Position numbers and translations under genes: made by a program | Part shown: positions 1 through 12,186 of the stretch, piece after piece | How the letters are laid out: each line of letters opens with the position of its first letter | Position numbering within the stretch: the stretch's first letter is position 1 | Notes under the pieces: model-generated | The model's input: the letters and a program-made list of their open reading frames with translations, nothing else | Database searches by the model: none | Told to the model about the DNA's origin: nothing | Assembly (NCBI GenBank): GCA_038087875.1 | Contig: JAXLNO010000482.1 | Location: forward strand, 1-64,000 | Length of the DNA: 64,000 bases | DNA from: Malacoraja senta | Lineage: Eukaryota | Direction: 5' to 3'

Positions 1-342
1 GATGCAGGAAACATTTTCCCAATGTTGGGCGAGTCCAGAACCAGGGGCCGCAGTCTTAGAATAAAGGGGAGGTCATTTAAGACTGAGGTGAGAAAAAACG
101 TTTTCACCCAGAGAGTTGTGAATTTGTGGAATCCCCTGCCACAGAAGGCAGTGGAGGCCAAATTACTGGATGGATTTAAGAGAGAGTTAGATAGAGCTCT
201 AGGGGCTAGTGGAATCAAGGGATATGGGGAGAAGGCAGGCACGGGTTATTGATTGGGGACGATCAGCCATGATCACAATGAATGGCAGTGCTGGCTCAAA
301 AGGGTCAAATGGCCTCCTCCTGCACCTATTTTGTTTGTTTCT
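1..342 (+). mobile_element. CR1-clade (HER1-like) LINE 3' end
   Basis: ...RTRG..RIKG..F..E.RKN.FTQRVVNLWN.LPQ C-terminus of CR1 ORF2 plus conserved 3' UTR. Confidence 0.85.
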
Positions 343-629
343 TTAGATGCTACCTGACCCACTGAGTTTCACCAGCACTCTGTTTTTAGCTCAGTATTCC
401 AGCATCTACATTTCCTTGCGTCTCCCCTTTTCAATATCATCACCTTTCTCTATTTTAACCCCATTCACCTGGAGAGGATCAGCTTGCTTTAAGACCTTTG
501 CCTTGCTTAAACATAATTAACATCAACTGAGACAAGAGGCTGCAAACGCTGGAGTCAGCAGGAAAAAAAAAAAACCACTGGATGAACAGCAGTTCCAAGC
601 ATCCTTGGGGAAAATAAATTTAATTTTTA

Positions 630-920
630 CTTTTAGAAATACAACATGGAAACAGGCCCTTCGGCCCACCGAGTTCACGCCAACACATGATCACCCATGC
701 ACCGGTTCTATCCTACGCACTAGGGCCAATTTACAGAAGCCAATTACCCAACAAACCCGCACGTCTTTGGAATGTTGGAGGAAGCCAGAGCACCCGGAGA
801 AACCCACATGGTCATGGGGAGAACGTACAAATCCGTATGGACAAGCAGCCGTAGTCAGGATCCAACCTGGGTCTTTGGCGCTGTAAGACAGCAACTCTAC
901 CGCTGCGCCACCGTGCCGCC
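630..920 (-). mobile_element. tRNA-derived V-SINE (HE1-like)
   Basis: A box GGTGGCGCAGCGG, B-box-like GGTTGGATCC, V-domain (tttgtacgttctcccc...ggtttcct), LINE-like tail. Confidence 0.8.
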
Positions 921-1084
921 CATCACTTGTGCAATGGTCCTCTATCAAACAATGTAACATACAGTATTTCATATTTGTAGTATGCATTAACCAAACAAAA
1001 CTTAGAGCTATTAACAAAGACCTGTGTTTTTGAAAATCTTGGGGAAAATAAATTTTGTTATTGCGAGTCAGACACTTTTGAATT

Positions 1085-1480
1085 CTCATGTTCATAAGTG
1101 ATAGAAGAAGAATTAGGCCATTCAGCCCATCAAGTCTACTCCGCCAATCAATCATGGCTGATCTATCTCTCCCTCTTAACCCCATTCTCCTACCTTCTCC
1201 TCATAACCCCTGACACCCATTCTAATCAAGAATCTATTGATCTCTGCCTAAAGAATTCCACTGACTTGGCCTCCGCAGCCTACCATGGCAAAGAAATCCA
1301 CAGATTCACTGCCCTCTGACTAAAGAAACTCCTCCTCAACTCTATCCGAAAGGAACGTCCTTTAATTCTGAGCCGATGACCTCTAGTCCTAGACTCTCCC
1401 ACTAGTAGAAACATCCTCTCCACATCCACTCTATCCAGGCCGTTCGCTATTCAGTAAGTTTCAATGAGGTCCCCCCCTCA
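1085..1480 (-). mobile_element. CR1 LINE 3' fragment
   Basis: Reverse complement of CR1 ORF2 C-terminus (DVERMF.LVGESRTRGH) and 3' UTR. Confidence 0.8.
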
Positions 1481-1722
1481 TCCTATAGATGTTATACTAC
1501 ACCTAGTCACTGTGCAAATATAAAATGCATGGTTCATCAACACCAGTAATAATACCGGAAAGATGTCGCTTCAAATAGTAGACTGGTGTAACTCAACGGG
1601 TCAGGCAGCATCAGACTGGGTCCCGACCTGATTTTCTCCAGAGATGCTACCTGACCCGCTGAGTTATTCCAGCACTTAACGTCTATCTTTGGTATAAACC
1701 TCCATCTGGTAATTCTTTAGAT

Positions 1723-2030
1723 GAGTTTAGTTTAGAGATACAGCGCGGAAACAGGCCCTTCGGCCCACTGACTCCGTGCCGACCAGCGATCCCTGTACAC
1801 TAACACTACCCTACACACACTAGGGACAATTTACAATTATACTAAGCCAATTAACCTACAAGCCTGTACGTCTTTGGAGTGTGGGAGGAAACCGGAGCTC
1901 CTCGAGAAAACTCACACAGGTCACGGGGAGAACGTACAAACTCCGTACAGACAGCACCCGTGGTCAGGATCGATCCTGGGTCTCTGGCGCTATAAGGCAG
2001 CAACTCTACCGCTGCGCCAACGTGCCACCC
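1723..2030 (-). mobile_element. V-SINE (HE1-like), full length
   Basis: A/B boxes, V-domain, (CTAAA)n tail. Confidence 0.85.
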
Positions 2031-2125
2031 TAATAGCACATATTCCAGTTCCTTCTCTCACTTTATGCTTCATCTGCCCACCACCCTCATGTGGTTCTGT
2101 TTTATGGATGTGGAACTAGTGTGTA

Positions 2126-2755
2126 GAGGTTGGGAGGTCATGTTGCAGTTGTACAAGGCTTGGATAGAGTGGATGTGGAGAGGATGTTTCCACTAGTGGG
2201 AGGAGAGTCTTGGACTCTGAGGAAGGACATTATAGCCATAGAGGGAGTGCAGAGAAGGTTCACCAGACTGATTCCTGGGATGTCAGGACTTTCATATGAA
2301 GAAAGACTGGATAGACTTGGCTTATACTCGCTAGAATTTAGGAGATTGAGAGGGGATCTTATAGAAACGTACAAGATTCTTATGGGGTTGGACAGGCTAG
2401 ATGCAGGAAGATTGTTCCCGATGTTGGGGAAGTCCAGGACAAGGGGTCACAGCTTAAGGATAAGGGGAAAATCCTTTAAGACCGAGATGAGGAAAAACTT
2501 TTTCACACAGAGAGTGGTGAATCTCTGGAACTCTCTGCCACAGAGGGTAGTTGAGGCCAGTTCATTGGCTATATTTAAGAGGGAATTAGATGTGGCCCTT
2601 GTGGCTAAAGGGATCAGGGGGTATGGAGAGATGGCAGGTACGGGATACTGAGTTGGATGATCAGCCATGATCGTATTGAATGGCGGTGCAGGCTCGAAGG
2701 GCTGAATGGCCTACTCCTGCACCTAATTTCTATGTATCTATGTATGTATCTATGA
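2126..2755 (+). mobile_element. CR1 LINE 3' fragment (composite)
   Basis: ORF 2130..2651 (IEGVQRRFTRLIPGM..LSYEERLDRLGLYSLEFRRLRGDLIETYK) and (TATG)n tail. Confidence 0.9.
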
Positions 2756-2914
2756 CTAGTGGTCATAGCCTCAGAGAAAACCCATGGGGAGAAGAGTACA
2801 AACTCTGTACAGACAGCACCCGAGGTCAGGATCGAACCCGGGTCTCTGGCGCTCTGAGGCAAGCAACTCTACCGCTGCGCCACCGTGGCGCCCCACGTTT
2901 CTGTCAGTGTTTAC

Positions 2915-3305
2915 CTCCAGCCTCCTTCCCCCAGTTCAGCAGCCACTGTAGTCTACAGTCACATGACCACGGGTTATCGTGCAGGTAGATGCTATCCAGC
3001 TGTAGTAGCTGACTCAGCATTTTCCCGGGCAGCGTGTGGATGGAATTATCAGCCAGGTAGAGGTGCTTTATTGACGAGAACTTAAAATGCTGCAGGAATG
3101 AGAAGGTCACAAACGTATTGGGATGGATCTGTTGCAATTGGTTCCCTTCCAGGTGCACGAGGGCCAGCGATGTCATTCCGTAGAACGCGCCGGGCTGAAT
3201 GAATACTATCTTGTTGTGATCCAAGTGCAACCGTTGCAGATTCACCAGTCCCTGAAACGTCATTCCCGTTATGGCAGTCATTTTATTGTAGCTCATTTTC
3301 AGCGC
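2915..3305 (-). CDS. MXRA5: MXRA5-like gene, third coding exon (LRRs + start of LRRCT, 391 bp); gene continues past window start
   Basis: Acceptor tgtcttctcttccag|GCG. Encodes ALKMSYNKMTAITGMTFQGLVNLQRLHLDHNKI...HLYLADN...YLHDNPWSCDCRLQWL (NPWxCDC LRRCT motif). Donor G|GTAAAC. Confidence 0.9.
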
Positions 3306-3878
3306 CTGGAAGAGAAGACAAAATTACATTGACTAAAACGAGGCAAAACGAACACTAAATCAGTTCAAGATGCTTCGTAAGGCTTCGACCAAATTGCCAC
3401 GGCTTTACATTAACAAGCAACACATGCACACTATTCACAGATTATTGAGGTGATTAGTCTTGTATTTCCCACAGGGAATTGTTGGATTTTATTGAACAAT
3501 CTTGGGAGGTTTGAGGGAAATATTGGAGATGGAGGTCATAAGGTCATATGGAATAGGAGTAGAATTAGGTCATTCGGCCCATCAAGTCCACTCCGCCCTT
3601 CAATCGCGGCTGATCAATCTCTCCCTCCTAACTCCCTCCATTCTCCTGCCTTCTCACCATAACCTCTAATACATGTACTAATCAAGAAAGGAGGAAAAAT
3701 GGACAGAGAACTAGACCAGGAGCCAATGGATTATTTACTTTGGAGAGATGGAATGGGTGACGTTTCGGGTCAAGACCCTTCTTCAGACCCGATCAGAAAC
3801 GTCACCCATTTCCTTCCCTCCGGAGATACTGCATGTCCCGCTGAATTACTCCAGCTTTTCTTCTACGGTGTAAGTTCA

Positions 3879-4190
3879 CAGGTTCATAAGTGATAAGCCA
3901 TTCGGCCCATCAGGTCTACTCCGCCATTCAATCATGGCTGATCTATCTTTCCCTCTTAACCCCATTCTCCTGCCTTCTCCCCGTAACCCCTGACACCCGC
4001 ACTAATCAAGAATCGATCTCTCTCTGGCTTAAAAATATCCACTGACTTGGCCTCCACAACCTTCTGTGGCAAAGAATTCCACAGATTCACCACCTTCATA
4101 TTAAAGAAATTCCTTCTCATCTCTTTCCTAAAGGGCCGTCCTTTAATTCTGAGGCTATGACCTCTGGTCCTAGACTCTCCAACTAGTGAA
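3879..4190 (-). mobile_element. CR1 LINE 3' fragment
   Basis: Same CR1 3' sequence as the other copies, reverse strand. Confidence 0.8.
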
Positions 4191-4330
4191 AATCTTTACA
4201 TTATTTTTTCGTTGCAGTTTTTTAATTAGCCACAAATGGGATTCCTCCTCTGCCAAATTTGAATGAAGAGTTCTGAAGCCACTGTGTTTGTAAAACTTAA
4301 GAAAAAATATAAGGGTCGCCCAAAAAAAAC

Positions 4331-4610
4331 AGGGCGGCAGGGTGGTGCAGCAGTATAGTTGCTGCCTCACAGTGCCAAAGACCCCGGGTTCGATCCCGAT
4401 AATGGATGCTGTCTGTACAGAGTTTACACCTTTTCCCCCGTGACCGCATGAGTTTACTCCAGATGCTGCAGTTTACTCCGGCACTCCCAAGACGTAAAGG
4501 CTTGTGGGTTAATTGGCTTCTGTAAATTTTAATTCAGCCCTGGTGTGTAGGATAGTGCTAGTGTTGGCATGGAGCAAAGGGCCTGTTTCCGCGCTGTTTC
4601 TCCAAAGTCT
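4331..4610 (+). mobile_element. V-SINE (HE1-like), diverged
   Basis: B box GGTTCGATCC and V-domain. Confidence 0.75.
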
Positions 4611-4804
4611 AACGTTCGTAAGTCAAGATGTTTTGTCAACTTTACCCAGTCTCTTAAAGTGGTTGACGTATCAACCCTTTCGAAGAGGCCTGGCAAGTCA
4701 TTCCAGTGTCAGAATAGGTTTTTATCACCATTTCTCAAGAGAAATAATGAGCAAGGTTTGATGATTTCTGGCTGAATAGTTTTTTTTTAATTTCAAACTG
4801 ACAG

Positions 4805-5143
4805 CTTGATAGAGTGGATGTGGAGAGGATGTTCCCACTAGTGGGAGAGTCTAGGACCAGAGGTCATAGCCTCAGAATTAAAGGACGTTCCTTTGGGAAG
4901 GAGATGAGGAGGAATTTATTGAATCAGAGGGAGGTGAATTTGTGGAATTCATTGCCACAGAAGACCATGGAGGCCAAGTCAGTCGATATTTTTAAGGCAG
5001 AGATAGACAGATTCTTGATTACTACCGGTGTCGGAGGTTATGGGGAGAAGGCAGGAGACTGGAGTTAAGAGGAAGAGTTAATCAGCTATTATTGAATGGC
5101 GGAGTAGGCAATGGCCTAATTCTGCTCCTATCGCTTATGAACT
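4805..5143 (+). mobile_element. CR1 LINE 3' fragment
   Basis: ORF 4814..5068 CR1 C-terminus. Confidence 0.85.
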
Positions 5144-5421
5144 TAAGAGCTAAACTTAACTTCAAGAAGGACGTGAAAAGGGAACAGTAAAAGATGACTA
5201 AATTGGTCGGAAACTTGAACAATTTTAGCCTCAGGGTTAAATTAAAGAAGCTAGGGTTGTTTACTTTGGAGCAGAGAAGTTTGAAAGGAGATTTGATGGA
5301 GGTGAATAAAATAGATAAATACTGTAGAGGTAAACGATGCCCTTTAACTAGGGGCAGGGAGAACTGATTTAACATTCTGCACAGAAGATACAGGAAGAAT
5401 ATGAGTAAAATCTTTTTTTGC

Positions 5422-5452
<31 letters not shown>

Positions 5453-5689
5453 CCACGTGTACCGAGGCGCAGAGAAAAGCTTTTGATGCGTGCTAACCAG
5501 TCAGTGGAAAAACTATATATGATGTTTACAAGAGAGAGTTAGATTTAGCTCTTGGGGCTAAAGCAATCAAAGGATATGGGGGGAAAGCAGGAATGGGGTG
5601 CTGATTGGGGATGATCAGCCATGATCATATTGAATGGCGGTGCTGGCTCGAAGGGCCGAATGGCCTACTCCTGCACCTATTGTTTATGT

Positions 5690-5990
5690 TAGACAAAAGT
5701 GCTGGAGAAACTCAGCGGGTGCGGCAGCATCTATGGAGCGAAGGAAATAGGCAACGTTTTGGGCCGAAACCCTTCTTCAGACTGATGTGGGGGGGGGGGG
5801 GGGGGAGCGGGAAGAAGAAAGGAAGAGGAGGAGCCAGAGGGCTGAGGGAGAGCTGAGAAGGGGAGGAGACAGCAAGGGCTTCCGGAAATTGGAGAAGTCA
5901 ATGTTCAAGCTGCTGGGATGCAGACTGCCCAAGCGGAATATGAGGTGCTGCTCCTCCAATTTCCGGTGGTGCTCACTCTGCAGTTCCTTC
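5690..5990 (-). mobile_element. Penelope-like element 3' remnant (GIY-YIG C-terminus + pLTR)
   Basis: Minus-strand peptide RKLEEQHLIFRLGSLHPSSLNIDFSNFR resembles the end of PLE GIY-YIG domains. Followed by a CTGAAGAAGGG...CCC(G/A)AAACG hammerhead-like core. Confidence 0.65.
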
Positions 5991-6136
5991 TTGAACCTAT
6001 TGTCTATGTTTCTATACATGATTACAATTGAGCCATCCACAGTGTACAGAATAATTATAGTGAGAATAACATTTAGTGTCAGATAAAGTCCGGTAAAGTC
6101 CAATTGTAAATTGTCCCCAGTGAGTAAGATAGTGGT

Positions 6137-7104
6137 AGATGCAGGAAGATTGTTCCCGATGTTGGGGAATTCCAGGACAAGGGGTCACAGTTTAAGGATT
6201 AAGGGGAAATCCTTTAGGACCGAGATGAGAAAAACATTTTTCACACAGAGAGTGGTGAATCTCTGGAACTCTCTGCCACAGAAGGTAGTTGAGGCCCGTT
6301 CATTGGCTATATTTAAGAGGGAGTTAGATGTGGCCCTTGTGGCTAAAGGGATCAGGGGGTATGGAGAGAAGGCAGGTACAGGATACTGAGTTGGATGATC
6401 AGCCATGATCATATTGAATGGCGGTGCAGGCTCGAAGGGCCGAATGGCCTACTCCTGCACCTATTTTCTATGTTTCTATGTTTCTATGTGTGCGGGGTGG
6501 TCGCTGGTCGGCATGGACTTGGTAGGCCAAAGGGCCTGCATCTGCGCTGTTTCTCGAAAGTCTCTTGAGTCTAAAATCGAATCAAGAATCTGCCAACCTC
6601 CGCTTTAAAAATACCCAATGACACGGCCTCCACAGCATTCTGTGGCAATGAATTCCACAAATTCACCACCCTCTGACTAAAGAAATTCCTCCTCATCTCC
6701 TTTCTAAAGGTAAGTCCTTTTATTCTGACGCTGTGCCCTCGGGTCCTAGACTCTCCCACTAGTGTTCCACACTATCCAGGCCTTTCACCATTCGGAAAAT
6801 TTCAACAAGGTGTCCCCTCGCCTTCTAAACTCCAGCGAGTACAGGCCCAGTGCCGTCAAATGTGCTTCACCCAGAGAATTGTGAATCTGTGGAATTCTCT
6901 GCCTCAGAAGGCTGCGGAGGCCAATTTTCTGGATGCATTCAAGAGAGAGTTAGATAGAGCTCTTAAAGATAGTGGAGTCAAGGGATATGGGGAGAAGGCA
7001 GGAACGGGGTACTGATTGTGGATGATCAGCCATGATCACATTGAATGGCGGTGCTGGCTCGAAGGGCCGACAGGTCTACTCCTGCACCTATTGTCTATTG
7101 TCTA
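6137..7104. mobile_element. Cluster of CR1 3' fragments (6137-6488 +, ~6580-6860 -, ~6864-7104 +)
   Basis: ORFs 6111..6389 and 6571..6759 plus CR1 3' UTRs. Confidence 0.8.
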
Positions 7105-7209
7105 AATGCTCATCATTATACGTTACATTCATTCTTTTGCAAAAGTAAACATAAATGCAGTTTTAAACAGCTTATACGATATAAATAATGTACCAAAGCC
7201 AGGTACTAC

Positions 7210-7339
7210 CTGCAGTGAACTCAGGTTTTTGAAGACTTTATCTGGAAGATTTTGAATGTCATTGCCATGAAGCATCAGAAGTTCCAGTCGTTGCAGACCA
7301 TCGAAGAATTCCTTGCGCACGCTCTGTATGTTGTTGAAG
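7210..7339 (-). CDS. MXRA5: MXRA5-like gene, second coding exon (LRRs, 130 bp)
   Basis: Acceptor tattgtacag|C completes the split Gly. Encodes FNNIQSVRKEFFDGLQRLELLMLHGNDIQNLPDKVFKNLSSLQ. Donor CAG|GTAGTA (phase 0). Confidence 0.88.
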
Positions 7340-7413
7340 CTGTACAATACAGAAGAGTATCACTCCTATGATCCATGTGGAAAATCCAACTAATGCAGTG
7401 CTTTATAGGGTTA

Positions 7414-7718
7414 AGGGGCTGTCCCACTGTACGAGCTAATTCAAGAGCTCTCCCGAGTTTAAAAAAAAATCAAACTCGTGGTAAGCACGTAGAATGTACG
7501 TAGCGGGTACGTCAGAGCTCAGGACGTCTCTCAGCGGCTCGTAACGGCAGGTACTCGGGAAATGCGGTAAGCTCGTGAAGACTCGTGAAAAATGTTCAAC
7601 ATGTTGAAAAATGTCCACGAGAGCCTCGAGTACCTACGAGTGGCTATTACCGTAAATCTCAGAGTCAGGGGAAACTCGGGAGAACTCTTGAATTAGCTCG
7701 TACAGTGGGACAGCCCCT
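7414..7718. mobile_element. PIF/Harbinger-type MITE
   Basis: ~47-bp TIRs AGGGGCTGTCCCACTGTACGAGCTAATTCAAGAG(C/T)TCTCCCGAGTTT. Flanks TTA/TAA. Confidence 0.75.
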
Positions 7719-7856
7719 TAAGGAGGGAGAGATAGATCATCCATGATTGAATGGCGGAGTAGACTTGACGGGCCGAATGGCCAAATGTACTCCTATTCCT
7801 TATAACCTTCTGACCTTTATCGAAGTCAAAGATCTCTCTTTCTCTCTCTCTCTGTC

Positions 7857-8140
7857 TTTTAGTTTAGTTTAGTTTAGAGATACAGCGAGGAAACGGGCCC
7901 TTCGGCCCACCGAGTCAGCGCCGACCAGCGATCCCCGCACACCAACACTATTCTACACACACTAGGGACAATTTACATTTATGCCAAGCCAATTAACCAA
8001 TAAACCTGTAATTGTTTGGAGTGTGGGAGGAAATCAAAGAACTCAGAGAAAACCCACGCAGGTCACGGGGAGAACGTACAAGGTCCGTACAGACAGCATC
8101 CGTGGTCAGGATCGAACCGTGGTCTCTAGCGCTGTGAGTC
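7857..8140 (-). mobile_element. V-SINE
   Basis: V-domain, B box, (CTAAA)n tail. Confidence 0.8.
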
Positions 8141-8340
8141 AACCAGCGTGTCGCCCTCAATCTACACCAGACATTTTACGTGTCGGAAATATTTCTTTCT
8201 TTTCTTCACATTTTTACTTCTTATACGACTTGAACATCGACTTATTAAGGAATTTAATGTACAGAAATACAGCGATGCATTTTTAAAATACCTTGCCTGT
8301 CACAAAACACAATGTAGCAGACAGTGGTGTTTTGAAGAAA

Positions 8341-8655
8341 GGACGGCACGGTGGCGCAGCGGTAGAGTTGCTGCCTCACAGCACCAGAGGCCCGGGTTCC
8401 ATCCTGACTACGGGTGCTGTCTGTACGGAGTTTGTACGCTCTCCCCGTGACCGCGTGGGTTCTATCTGGGATCTCCGGTTTCCTCCCACACTCAAAGGAC
8501 GTACAGGTTTGAAGGTCAATTGGCTTTGTAAAAATTGTAAATTGTCCCAAGTGTGTAGGATGGTGCTAGTGTCAGGGGGAGATCGCTGGTCGGCGCGGAC
8601 CCGGAGGGCTGAAAGGCCTGTTTCCGCGCTGTATCACTGAACTGATCTAAACATA
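8341..8655 (+). mobile_element. V-SINE, full length
   Basis: GGCACGGTGGCGCAGCGG head, V-domain, tail. Confidence 0.85.
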
Positions 8656-9302
8656 ACATGTAGGAGTAACTTAGCGGGGCTTGAGCTAAAGTCTCTCTCT
8701 CTCTCGAGTGGTTTGAACCCACAACCCTTTGACTCAGGGAGCAGAGTCCACCACTAAGCTATATCTAAGGGCATGCAGAAATCACACCTCAAATTTACCA
8801 AGCTCATACAAAGTTACTTATATAAACCCTTGGGATTAAGTATTATCATGGAATCAGAGAGGCATATTGCTTGGAAACAGGCCCGTCAGCCCAACTTGCC
8901 CACGCTGACCAACAGACCCCATCTACACTAGTCCCACCTGCCTCCATTTGGCCCACATCCCTCTAAACCTGTCCTATCCATGTACCTGTCAAAATGTTTT
9001 TTAAAGATAGTGATGGTACTTGCCTCAGGTAACTCCTCTGCCGGCTCAATCCATATACCTTTCACCCTTTGTGTAAAAACGTCTGTTTCAAGACTCCCCA
9101 ACTCTGGGTAAAAGACCACCCTGGCCATGCTCTCATTTCACCCCTCACCATCAGGAAGAAGGTACAGGAGCCTTAAAACTGTAAAGTCCAGGTTCAGGAG
9201 CAGCTTCTTCACCAACAGCCATCAGACTAGTAAACACGACAACATCCAAAGAAGCTCTGAACTATAAATAACAAAAATGGTTCTTATATACGGTATATAG
9301 CT

Positions 9303-10410
9303 ACATAGATACATAGAAAATAGGTGCAGGAGTAGGCCATTCGGCCCTTCGAGCCTGCACCGCCATTCAATATGATCATGGCTGATCATCCAACTCAGTA
9401 TCCCGTACCTGCCTTCTCTCCATACCCCCTGATCCCTTTAGCCACAAGGGCCACATCTAACTCCCTATTAAATATAGCCAATGAACTGGCCTCAACTACC
9501 CTCTGTGGCAGAGAGTTCCAGAGATTCACCACTCTCTGTGTGAAAAAGTTTTTCCTCATCTCGGTCTTAAAGGATTTCCCCCTTATCCTTAAGCTGTGAC
9601 CCCTTGTCCTGGACTTCCCCAACATCGGGAACAATCTTCCTGCATCTAGCCTGTCCAACCCCATAAGAATTTTGTACGTTTCTATAAGATCCCCTCTCAA
9701 CCTCCTAAATTCTAGCGAGTATAAGCCAAGTCTATCCAGTCTTTCGTCATATGAAAGTCCTGACATCCCAGGAATCAGTCTTGTGAACCTTCTCTGCACT
9801 CCCTCTATGCCTATAATGTCCTTTCTCAGATTTGGAGACCAAAACTGTACGCAATACTCCAGGTGTGGTCTCACCAAGACCCTGTACAACTGCAGTAGAA
9901 CCTCCCTGCTCCTATACTCAAATCCTTTTGCTATGAAAGCTAACATACCATTCGCTTTCTTCACTGCCTGCTGCACCTGCATGCCTACTTTCAATGACTG
10001 GTGTACCATGACACCTAGGTCTCGCTGCATCTCCCCATTTCCTAATCGGCCACCATTTAGTTAAAAGTCTGCTTTCCTGTTTTTGCCACCAAAGTGGGTA
10101 ACCTCACATTTATCCACATTATACTGCATCTGCCAAACATTTGCCCACTCACCCAGCCTACCCAAGTCACCCTGCAGTCTCCTAGCATCCTCCTCACAGC
10201 TAACACTGCCCCCCAGCTTAGTGTCATCCGCAAACTTGGAGATGTTGCCTTCAATTCCCTCATCCAGCTCATTAATATAAATTGTAAATAGCTGGGGTCC
10301 CAGCACTGAGCCTTGCGGTACCCCACTAGTCACTGCCTGCCATTGTGAAAAGGACCCGTTTACTCCTACTCTTTGCTTCCTGTTTGCCAGCCAGTTCTCT
10401 ATCCACATCA
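9303..10410 (-). mobile_element. CR1 LINE, 5'-truncated, with RT domain
   Basis: ORFs 10061..10411 (SGVPQGSVLGP, KFADDTKLGG) and 9395..10030, separated by a frameshift. Confidence 0.92.
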
Positions 10411-10512
10411 AATATACAAAACTTTATTTGTTGTTCGTAATACAGAGCTTATTTGGAGGTTGTGGTGTTTAATAGCCTGATTATAGTCTATACAGAAGTT
10501 TCTTTGGTGTTT

Positions 10513-11212
10513 ATAACGGGTTTTACAGAGCACTATGTTTACACATCTATTGATCTGCTGCGAATACGAATTTCATTGCTCCGCTTCCAGACACATGACA
10601 AAACGTCCCAACCAAAAAGGCCCAACAGAGGATGTACTTCCTGCGGCAGCTGAGGAAACACAATCTTCCACAGGCAATGATGGTCCAATTTTATACGGCC
10701 ATCGTAGAGTCTGTCCTTACCTTCTCCATCATGGTCTGGTTTGGCTCGACACCCAGAGGCTGCAGCGAATCGTCCGATCAGCTGAGAAGGTTATTGGCTG
10801 CAACCCCCCCCCCCCCCCCCATTGACGAAGTGTACACTGCAAGGACCAGGAAGCGAGCGGGTAAGATCATCTCTGACCCCTCTCACCCTGGCCACAAACT
10901 CTTTGAAGCACTTCCCTCTGGAAGGCGACTCCGGACTGTCAAAGCCGCCACAGCCAGACATGAAAACAGCTTTTTTCCACGAGTAGTATCCCTACTCAAT
11001 AACCAAAAATCTGTAGCCTCCTTTTGCTCTGGTATTTTATTTCATTCACATGTTTAAACTGCAATGTTTTATTATTAAAATTTAATGTTTTATGTGTCAT
11101 TCTTAATTGTTTACTGTATGTCGTGTTGTTACTTGTGAGCGGAGCACCAAGGCAAATTCCTTGTATGTGAACATACTTGGCCATTAAGCTTATTCATTCA
11201 TTCATTCATTCA
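10513..11212 (+). mobile_element. Rex1/Babar-type LINE 3' fragment
   Basis: RMYFLRQLRK..FYTAIVESVLTFSIMVWFG..DPSHPGHKLF..LPSGRR..NSFFP, with (ATTC)n tail. Confidence 0.85.
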
Positions 11213-11389
11213 TAAAACACTCTTGACTTTCTTGTCTCTGTGCATTGACCCTATCATTTCCTCTCATGATCTTATGCACATTACTCTGCAAATTTTAAAA
11301 TACTTGCACCTTGGTAAATACTCCAGCTATGGAATAACCATGCCTTATGGATTTAAGAAATCATGCTGATGATGGAACCAAGTACTTAC

Positions 11390-11589
11390 CCAAAATTGAT
11401 CCTCTCCACCAGCTTCGGTATTCCTGATGGCACAGCTGTCAGAGATCGAAAAGTGCAGTGGACTTCAGTGGAGAAGTAGCAGGCACAGGGCTGTGGACAG
11501 GAGAGGGTGAAGCTTGGATACCCCAGAGACAACATCAGTACCATGGAGAGAGTTACCACGGGGACCAGGTGGGATGATGCCTCAGACAT
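11390..11589 (-). CDS. MXRA5: MXRA5-like gene, first coding exon (signal peptide + LRR N-terminal cap)
   Basis: MSEASSHLVPVVTLSMVLMLSLGYPSFTLSCPQPCACYFSTEVHCTFRSLTAVPSGIPKLVERINFG matches the CPxPCACY..EVHCTFRSL..VP.GI...VERINxG N-terminus of MXRA5/IGSF10. Donor GG|GTAAGT at 11390/11389 (phase 2). The exon probably starts at 11800 after the acceptor ttctttctttctcaacag. Confidence 0.85.
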
Positions 11590-11800
11590 CTTTGCCTTCC
11601 TTCAGTAAGAGTTACCAGATTAGGAATGGTGCGGATGGCGGAACGAGGGACGGCGCTGTATGTTGTAAGCTCCTCGAGTGCTGTACAATCTACCTAGCTT
11701 TCCATCCGGGATTATCTTTGTGTTGTAGCTTTGGCAAACGACGAGCGTTTCATCAAGACGGGCGCTTTATTAAAAGTGTTACATACAATTCCGGCTCATT
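11590..11800 (-). other. MXRA5: Probable 5' UTR portion of the first coding exon
   Basis: Unique sequence between a strong polypyrimidine/CAG acceptor (11801-11820) and the ATG at 11589. Confidence 0.55.
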
Positions 11801-12186
11801 CTGTTGAGAAAGAAAGAAGAAACCATTTACCCACTGATCAACTGTTATCCAAAAACATGAGGCACAGTTCAAGTAAAGGACCTTTCATTGTCCATTCCTT
11901 GATTCCATACAATCTGACCCAACCATGAGTCGAATGATCCATTTATTGCTTCACATAAAGGTTCAGCATGACTTTTCACTGCTCAAGGACTAAATCCAGG
12001 AAACTTCCAAGAACCACGGATGATCATAGATTATAATTTTTTATCAAATATTTATAATTTATCTCTCATAGTTCCATGTTCTGTCTTAAGAAATCTAATT
12101 GGGTTTTTTTTTAACGAAAATATATCTATTCAATTATTTGCAATAATAATATTTCCAAAACAAACAATACCAACACAGCACCACCA

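Noticed and set aside
8341..8415. tRNA-like sequence with A and B boxes (many copies)
   Set aside because: SINE heads fused to a V-domain and LINE-like tail, not tRNA genes.
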